The notes below the pieces were generated by a model that ran no database searches, was not told the DNA's origin, and worked only from the letters and a program-made list of their open reading frames with translations. Shown here piece after piece: positions 58,118 through 64,000 of a DNA stretch of 64,000 bases (position 1 is the stretch's first letter; every line of letters starts with the position of its first letter). Source of the stretch: a virus. Location: the IMG/VR virus record IMGVR_UViG_3300043449_000492, positions 64,001 to 128,000 of that record; one strand, 5' to 3'. A program made the translations under genes and the position numbers.

Positions 58118-59112
58118 TGAGTAAGATTTTGGTGACGGGATCAGAAGGATCCTTGATGCAAGCAGTCATTCCTAGATTGATTGCAAATGGTCATGTTGTT
58201 TATGGTGTTGATAATCTTGCTCGATATGGTGAGCGCCTAGGACATGCTGGAACAGATTACACATTCATCAAGGCTGATCTAACAGATAAAGAATCGGTCA
58301 ATAGACTAGTTGAGCAAGTAAAGCCTGACTTTATTATTCAGGCCGCAGCTACAATCTATGGTGTGGGAGGCTTCAATAAGTATTGTGGTGAAATGTATAA
58401 GGACATTGCACTACATGACAATGTGCTTCGTGCTGCTGTCGCTGCTGGTGTTAAGAAGGTTGTTTATATCTCTTCGTCAATGGTCTATGAGAATTGTCCA
58501 CAAGTTATTGGTGAGCCAGTTACAGAAGACATGCCCGATCGATATCCTGCTCCATATACAGACTATGGTCTATCTAAGTTTGTTGGTGAGCGTGTATCAA
58601 GAGCCTACTTTAAGCAGCATGGTCTTAAGTATACCATTTGGCGCCCGTTCAATATCATTACACCATATGAAAAGAGTGAGAATGAAGAAGTCGGTATCTC
58701 ACATGTCTTTGCCGACTACATCAAGAACATCGTTGTAGAGAGAAAGCATCCACTTCCAATCATTGGTGATGGTATGCAAGTTCGTTGCTTCACTTGGATT
58801 GATGAAGTTGCACAGGCTATTGCAGACTATTCGTTTCTTGATAAGACAGACAATGAGACTTACAATCTAGGTAACGCAGAGCCAATCTCTATGCGTGTTC
58901 TCGCTGAGAAAATCATTGATATGGCAGCAACCGAGTTTCTACTATTTCCATCATACTATCCTCTATATACTACGATTGGTGAATATGAAAACGATGTTAA
59001 GGTTCGTATTCCAGATGTTGATAAGGCAGATAGAGAACTTGATTGGAAAGCTAAACTAAAGGTAGACGATTCAGTTCGTATGTGCCTTAAATATGTTGTG
59101 GAGAATAAGTAA
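58117..59112 (+). CDS. NAD-dependent epimerase/dehydratase (extended SDR)
   Basis: ILVTGSEG, ISSSMVYE, YGLSK, RPFN, GDG.Q.R.FT. Confidence 0.9.
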   Translation: MSKILVTGSEGSLMQAVIPRLIANGHVVYGVDNLARYGERLGHAGTDYTFIKADLTDKESVNRLVEQVKPDFIIQAAATIYGVGGFNKYCGEMYKDIALHDNVLRAAVAAGVKKVVYISSSMVYENCPQVIGEPVTEDMPDRYPAPYTDYGLSKFVGERVSRAYFKQHGLKYTIWRPFNIITPYEKSENEEVGISHVFADYIKNIVVERKHPLPIIGDGMQVRCFTWIDEVAQAIADYSFLDKTDNETYNLGNAEPISMRVLAEKIIDMAATEFLLFPSYYPLYTTIGEYENDVKVRIPDVDKADRELDWKAKLKVDDSVRMCLKYVVENK

Positions 59113-59402
59113 TGAATAGTAATTGGAAATGGGAACAGCTTCGTCTTTTGATTGAAGGCACACTAGCACACAATGTTCAGTATTCACATGATAAGGCATT
59201 CGACCGATATTCTTATCAGCGTGTTCTTGAATGGATGGATTCACTAGATAAGAGAGCGGAAGAAAAAAAGACTGCTGAACCAGATAGACGAATTCCAGAA
59301 CCTCCATCAGAAGGAGGATTCATCTTCACTGGTATTCCTACGTTCGATCAAAAAGCGTGGGAAGAAATTTTAGAACGAAAGGGCTTACAGGGACTATCAT
59401 GA
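59112..59402 (+). CDS. Hypothetical protein
   Basis: 96 aa, coupled ORF. Confidence 0.45.
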   Translation: MNSNWKWEQLRLLIEGTLAHNVQYSHDKAFDRYSYQRVLEWMDSLDKRAEEKKTAEPDRRIPEPPSEGGFIFTGIPTFDQKAWEEILERKGLQGLS

Positions 59403-59899
59403 GTCATACAAATCCAACAAACCCAAATGCAGATTTGCATATCTCGCCTGATGGACAAGACATTATCAAAGAATTTGAGTCTCTTGTTCTAGAGGCATAC
59501 GTTGATACAAAAGACAAGCATGGAGATCCTATCTATGCTGTCGGCTGGGGTCATACTGGTCTAGTTGATGGTAAGAAGATTGAAAAGGGTCTTAAGATTA
59601 CCGAAGCAAAGGCACAAGAGTTATTCATGGAAGACATTGCTGAGTTTGAGCGCAAAGTCAAGCATTATGTAACTGTGCCACTAAATCAGCATCAGTTTGA
59701 TGCTCTTGTCTCTATGGCATATAATGTTCGCACTTCTAACTTTGTGCAGATGGTTGAGCAGTCAGAACTTAATAAGGGTGTCTATGATAAGGTTCCCGAC
59801 GCTATGATGCATTATAATGTATCGGGTGGAAGAGTTTTGAAGGGTCTTACTCGTCGTCGCAAGATGGAAGCTAACTTGTGGAAGAAGGAGGGGAAGTAA
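59399..59899 (+). CDS. GH24 lysozyme (endolysin)
   Basis: IK.FE.L.LEAY.D...VGWGHT, LNQ.QFDALVS.AYN, GGRVL.GL.RRR..E. Confidence 0.92.
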   Translation: MSHTNPTNPNADLHISPDGQDIIKEFESLVLEAYVDTKDKHGDPIYAVGWGHTGLVDGKKIEKGLKITEAKAQELFMEDIAEFERKVKHYVTVPLNQHQFDALVSMAYNVRTSNFVQMVEQSELNKGVYDKVPDAMMHYNVSGGRVLKGLTRRRKMEANLWKKEGK

Positions 59900-59917
59900 T
59901 CCCCTCCTATAAAACTC

Positions 59918-60220
59918 TTAGGATTCTAGGTCAACGTGGGAAGATGGAGGATATACTGCACCATGTAGTCTTTCGGCAGTTGCCTTTAGAGTATCTGCAA
60001 GTGCTTCGATATCGTCTGCATCTGGGTGTGGCTTAGTTGCACAAACACGAAGCTGCTCAGCAAGATCGTGAATTTCGTTGACAGCCTCATCAACTGCTTT
60101 ATTAACAAGCGCAACGGCTTCTTTTAGTTCTTCTAGTTCTAGACTCATTTGTGCTACCTTTCCTTCTAAGTTGATGATTCTAAGATCATCCAATAATAGA
60201 TAACGGATCCATTGAAACAT
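59918..60220 (-). CDS. Late-expressed coiled-coil hypothetical protein
   Basis: GGAG RBS and exact TATAAATA upstream on the minus strand. Confidence 0.6.
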   Translation of the reverse strand: MFQWIRYLLLDDLRIINLEGKVAQMSLELEELKEAVALVNKAVDEAVNEIHDLAEQLRVCATKPHPDADDIEALADTLKATAERLHGAVYPPSSHVDLES

Positions 60221-60249
60221 CTTTTAACTCCCGGAGTTTGCCTCCTTTC

Positions 60250-60257
60250 TATTTATA
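60250..60257 (-). promoter_or_regulatory. Consensus late promoter TATAAATA on the minus strand
   Basis: TATTTATA on the plus strand, intergenic. Confidence 0.7.
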
Positions 60258-60268
60258 GGAATCAATAA

Positions 60269-61927
60269 ATGAAATACACTGCACCTGTCGATTCTACTCT
60301 CTTTCTTCTCAAAGACGTTCTCAAGTTTGATAATGAACTAACAGAGCCAATTCTTAGAGAAGCAGCAAAACTATGTGAAGAAGTGATTGCTCCTACAAAT
60401 CAAGAGGGTGATGAAGAGGGTTGTAAGTATGTCGAAAAAGAAGTCAAAACACCACAAGCATTCAAAGAAGCATGGCAAAAGTTTAGAGACGGAGGTTGGC
60501 TCGGACTCTCCGTTCCTGAAGCGTATGGTGGACAAGGCTTACCATATACACTTGCGTCTGCTATCAACGAATTTATATCCTCTTCTAACATGGGGTTTTC
60601 TCTTTATCCTGGCCTTACACGTGGAAATATCCAGGCTCTCCTCGAAGTAGGTAGCGAACCACAGAAGAATATCTGGATCCCTTATCTAGCATCAGGTAAG
60701 TGGACTGGCACGATGAATCTTACTGAGCCTCATTGTGGAACTGATCTTGGTTTGTTGAAGACTAAGGCAGTTCCTGTTGGTGATGAAGGATATCATATCA
60801 CAGGTCAAAAGATTTTCATTTCATGCGGTGAACACGATCTTGCGGAAAATATTCTACATCTTGTGCTTGCTCGAATTGAAGGTGATCCAGAAGGAGTCAA
60901 GGGCATTAGTATGTTTGCTGTGCCAAAGTTTATAGGTCCAGAGAGAAACAATGTCTCTTGTGGATCAATCGAACATAAGATGGGTATTCACGGTTCATCA
61001 ACTTGTGTTATGAACTATGATGGAGCATACGGTTATCTTGTTGGTGAACGCTGCAAAGGTCTCAATGCAATGTTCATTATGATGAATGAAGCAAGACTTG
61101 GTGTTGCCGTTCAAGGTCTATCACAATCGGAGTTGGCTTATCAAAATGCTGTCTCATATGCTCAAGAACGTATTCAGAGCGTTGCGCTTACGGATCCAAA
61201 AGGTGGATCAGTTGCCATTATCAATCATCCCGATGTTCGTCGTATGCTTATGGATATTCGTTGCATTAACGAAGCTGCTAGACTTCTATGCTTGGAAGCG
61301 TCGATGCTTTGTGAAGATAAAAGCGATGCTGCTCAAGATAGATTAGGTTTGATGACACCAGTTCTCAAGGGTGTGTTAACAGACTATGGATTTGAGAATG
61401 CAGTAAAGGCTCAACAAGTTTGGGGAGGTCATGGTTACATTCGTGAGAACGGAATGGAGCAGATTGTTCGTGACGCTCGTATTGCTCAAATCTATGAAGG
61501 TGCTAATGGTATTCAGGCGCTTGACCTTGTTGCTCGTAAGTTGCCAAAGAACATGGGTCGTGCTATTCGTACCTTCTTTAAGGATAGTGAAGACTTGATT
61601 AACAAAGCATATGGTGCTGATCTGCATACAGTCGTGCAGCCTCTCACATCAGCAAGAGACGAACTAAGACAAGCAACAGAGTGGCTTGTTGGTAATGCAT
61701 TGACACTTCAAAATAATGCTGGTTCTGCATCGTATGATTATATGAAAATGTTCGGACTCGTATTGCTAGGTCTTGCTCATGTTCGTATCTGTATGGCTTC
61801 GGATGATAAGGAAAGACACCTAAATGCCAAATACTTTATGGAAAGGATTCTTCCTGAAACTCGATTCCTTTTGGAAAGAATTAAATCGGGAAGTGAAACA
61901 ATGATGGAAGTTTCGTTTTTTAATTAA
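60269..61927 (+). CDS. Acyl-CoA dehydrogenase
   Basis: GGQGLP, GTMNLTEPHCGTDLG, ITGQKIFIS.GEHD, EHKMGIHGS.TC, MMNEARL, GGHGYI.E.GMEQ.VRDARI..IYEGANGIQALDL. Confidence 0.95.
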   Translation: MKYTAPVDSTLFLLKDVLKFDNELTEPILREAAKLCEEVIAPTNQEGDEEGCKYVEKEVKTPQAFKEAWQKFRDGGWLGLSVPEAYGGQGLPYTLASAINEFISSSNMGFSLYPGLTRGNIQALLEVGSEPQKNIWIPYLASGKWTGTMNLTEPHCGTDLGLLKTKAVPVGDEGYHITGQKIFISCGEHDLAENILHLVLARIEGDPEGVKGISMFAVPKFIGPERNNVSCGSIEHKMGIHGSSTCVMNYDGAYGYLVGERCKGLNAMFIMMNEARLGVAVQGLSQSELAYQNAVSYAQERIQSVALTDPKGGSVAIINHPDVRRMLMDIRCINEAARLLCLEASMLCEDKSDAAQDRLGLMTPVLKGVLTDYGFENAVKAQQVWGGHGYIRENGMEQIVRDARIAQIYEGANGIQALDLVARKLPKNMGRAIRTFFKDSEDLINKAYGADLHTVVQPLTSARDELRQATEWLVGNALTLQNNAGSASYDYMKMFGLVLLGLAHVRICMASDDKERHLNAKYFMERILPETRFLLERIKSGSETMMEVSFFN

Positions 61928-61934
61928 AACAAAT

Positions 61935-61992
61935 GGTGCGACAATGTGTCGCACCTCCACCTCTTGACAATAGACCCTCGATTTGATATACT
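61935..61992 (+). promoter_or_regulatory. Early promoter with upstream palindrome GGTGCGACA-ATG-TGTCGCACC
   Basis: Perfect 9-bp inverted repeat 61935-61955; TTGACA-N17-TATACT at 61964-61992. Confidence 0.75.
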
Positions 61993-62014
61993 GTAAGTCA
62001 CTTATGGAGGTTCT

Positions 62015-62413
62015 ATGCCACTTCTTCCCGTTTACTATACTACCACTAATCTTCGCAAGCGTAAGTCTAAAAAGACGAATACTTCCGAGCATGAGAAGTG
62101 GCTAAGAACAATGGGTCTAGCTCCAAAGCAAATCAAAGCAAAGAAGACAGCGAATACTTCGTGGAAAGCAGAGTATTCTGATTCCTTAAAAGTTGATAGG
62201 TCTTCCGCTCAATACGATTCCGCAGGCATGTCAGGTGATGCGTCTTCCTGCGCTAATCGTTCGATTATGGCAAACCTTCATAAGGAGTCCGAAGAGACAC
62301 GGGCAGCAATTCTAGCAAAGGCTGCCCGTGTCATGCCTCTATATAATAAAGGTGGACTTCAAGTTCTAACGGACTCTGATGACCTTAAATGCTTAAACAA
62401 GGTAGCACGATGA
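62015..62413 (+). CDS. Conserved phage hypothetical protein
   Basis: HEKWL..MG and P.YNKGG.Q motifs; GGAGG RBS. Confidence 0.65.
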   Translation: MPLLPVYYTTTNLRKRKSKKTNTSEHEKWLRTMGLAPKQIKAKKTANTSWKAEYSDSLKVDRSSAQYDSAGMSGDASSCANRSIMANLHKESEETRAAILAKAARVMPLYNKGGLQVLTDSDDLKCLNKVAR

Positions 62414-62646
62414 TGTTAAATCTAATAGTTCCAGTCGTATTCTTTTGTGCAACCTTGCCTAATAAAAATACATGTGATGGATTTACTTCATTGATACATG
62501 AAGAACTTCCACCCGTTCCTACTCCAATGAAATGTCTGCTTGATGGTACAGCATTTGCAACTCAATACATTGTTGAGTTTGAGAAAGATCATCCTAAATT
62601 AAAACTGGAATATAGAATAGTCTGCAAGTCAACCGAGAAAACTTGA
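62410..62646 (+). CDS. Hypothetical Cys-containing protein
   Basis: ATGA overlap; four Cys. Confidence 0.45.
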   Translation: MMLNLIVPVVFFCATLPNKNTCDGFTSLIHEELPPVPTPMKCLLDGTAFATQYIVEFEKDHPKLKLEYRIVCKSTEKT

Positions 62647-62684
62647 CAGCATAAATACACTATGGTCTTTTTAAGGAGATATAA

Positions 62685-62882
62685 ATGCTTGTAGGAGATA
62701 AGGTAAGTTACGATTCTGTGAATGAAGCATACTGCTTGCTTACATCATACATTCGGGAAGATGGTAAGCTTGGCACAAAGTATAATCAGGAAAATCTACA
62801 GAACTTTGTTGTCTTCCTCGCAGAAATCTTGAAGCATCCAGATAATTTTACAGACGCAGATAAAAAAGAAGAATCTGCATAA
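62685..62882 (+). CDS. Hypothetical protein
   Basis: AAGGAG RBS; CATAAATA at 62650. Confidence 0.55.
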   Translation: MLVGDKVSYDSVNEAYCLLTSYIREDGKLGTKYNQENLQNFVVFLAEILKHPDNFTDADKKEESA

Positions 62883-62902
62883 CATAGAAAGGTGAAAATA
62901 TA

Positions 62903-63163
62903 ATGAATAAGTTTATCCTAGCAACTGCACTTGTGTTTGCTCTAACTGGTTCCGCACTAGCACATAAGAAGGCTGTTGTTACTGATGTGCCTCTAGTTCC
63001 TGGTGCTGTCATTACCCCACAGGGTGTAAAGGTTCAGGCTCCCGTCGGCTCTGATGTTCAGGTTGACGTTGATGGTAAGGACGTTGATATTACGATTACC
63101 GGTCCAGAGTCAAAGACTGGTTTCAATTCGCTTCTACCCTGGAACTGGCGTTTCTGGCGGTAA
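62903..63163 (+). CDS. Small secreted/periplasmic protein
   Basis: Sec signal peptide MNKFILATALVFALTGSALA. Confidence 0.6.
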   Translation: MNKFILATALVFALTGSALAHKKAVVTDVPLVPGAVITPQGVKVQAPVGSDVQVDVDGKDVDITITGPESKTGFNSLLPWNWRFWR

Positions 63164-63213
63164 AATATACTAAATAGTATTGTCCAATCCAGGACATGCT
63201 ATGGAGTGTAAAA

Positions 63214-63438
63214 ATGAACTTAACTGCACTAAGAGCAAACTGGAGAACAACAGTTCTTGGTTTGATTCCGTTGGTAGCATATGCTTTAAATTATTTTGGA
63301 TTATGGCCTGCGTCAATGCCGCTTCCTCCACTGGATCAAGTGTGGCCATTCGTGTTTGCCCTATTTGGTATGGGCGTCGTTGCCAAGGATGGTAACGTCA
63401 CAAACGCACACGATCCATCTCCACCAACGACTCTCTAA
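63214..63438 (+). CDS. Putative holin (2 TM)
   Basis: NWRTTVLG...G..AKD.NVT pattern; ACTAAATA at 63169; next to the spanins. Confidence 0.55.
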   Translation: MNLTALRANWRTTVLGLIPLVAYALNYFGLWPASMPLPPLDQVWPFVFALFGMGVVAKDGNVTNAHDPSPPTTL

Positions 63439-63452
63439 AGATAAGGGCGGGT

Positions 63453-63728
63453 TTATCTCGCCCTTATTCTTACATCTGCATCATTCAAAAACTTACGAAT
63501 AGATTCAATAGAACTTTTACAGGTTAGATTATTCTTGTGTAGCTGTACAATTACTTTAGCTACTTGTGCATCTGTAAGCGTCTTCCAGTTTGGAAACTCT
63601 TTCAATACAGGACAGGCATACATAGCTTCGTCGGGGCGAACGACTAGATACTTGTATGTGGTGATGACTTGCTGAGTATCATTACAACCAACAAGTAACA
63701 AAGCAAACAATAGAACAACAAACTTCAT
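63453..63728 (-). CDS. o-spanin (outer-membrane lipoprotein)
   Basis: Lipobox LLVGC after a hydrophobic signal; P......CP; overlaps a coiled-coil gene. Confidence 0.7.
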   Translation of the reverse strand: MKFVVLLFALLLVGCNDTQQVITTYKYLVVRPDEAMYACPVLKEFPNWKTLTDAQVAKVIVQLHKNNLTCKSSIESIRKFLNDADVRIRAR

Positions 63729-64000
63729 TTAATTTCTCCAAGCATTTTGATTGTATCTTTTAGTATCTGTGAGGATTGTTTATCATGACCAGCGCCGACA
63801 TGTTGATTGATTGATGCGTCAATCTTCTGTAGTTGTTCTTCTAGTCTATCTCTTTCGATGTATAGCTTAGCCAAAATCTCACTCTTATTTGTGCTAATCT
63901 CTTCCATCTGTTGGATATAGATATTCTTATCCTTGACATTCTGTTGTAGTTGATCGATGGTAAACTTTTGTAAAGCTGAGTCTTTTTCCATATCGACAAT
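63725..64000 (-). CDS. i-spanin, C-terminal part (5' end outside the window)
   Basis: Coiled coil, D..SS.ILK.TI end, 4-nt overlap with the o-spanin. Confidence 0.6.
   Translation of the reverse strand: MVDMEKDSALQKFTIDQLQQNVKDKNIYIQQMEEISTNKSEILAKLYIERDRLEEQLQKIDASINQHVGAGHDKQSSQILKDTIKMLGEIK

Noticed and set aside
1-64000. Stop-codon reassignment, introns/inteins, tRNAs, CRISPR arrays, integrase or transposase
   Set aside because: Core genes (gp17, 18, 20, 23, 46, 47, uvsW) are full length and uninterrupted in the standard code; no cloverleaf, array or recombinase motif recognised by eye

Overview
A 64 kb segment of a large T4-like (Tevenvirinae-superfamily style) myovirus genome, almost entirely coded on the + strand. 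The host is probably an alphaproteobacterium; this is inferred from the host-like FtsH, the acyl-CoA dehydrogenase and a ROSE-like hsp20 leader. Order: end of gp15; a gp9-anchored Ala/Asn-rich fibre followed by three paralogous 'MALxxWDGFD' proteins; gp16-17-18-19-20; three large modular prohead-core (gp67/gp68-like) proteins; gp21-22-23-3; uvsY-uvsW; gp55; gp47-[FtsH]-gp46; a DNA-modification triad; a GC-richer early block (vWA/peptidase, CobS-like AAA, HTH); gp1, gp45, dsbA, gp44-[nuclease + Dam]-gp62, regA, dUTPase, PAAR-like, hsp20; a ~12 kb, 14-gene glycan-biosynthesis cluster; lysozyme, acyl-CoA dehydrogenase, holin and spanins. The strongest candidate for a notable system is the triad at 31562-34294. 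It pairs a CmoA-like carboxy-SAM synthase with a C5-cytosine 'methyltransferase' whose motif X reads GRMV instead of GNxV, plus a glutaminase-less asparagine-synthetase-like amide ligase. Together these predict carboxymethylation of DNA cytosine followed by amidation. Other highlights are a perfect antisense sigma70 promoter facing tandem GCGAAGC mini-hairpins before gp55 (possible origin), polyprotein-like capsid cargo genes, and a possible virion glycosylation island. All calls come from motif and synteny recognition by eye; no database searches were run.
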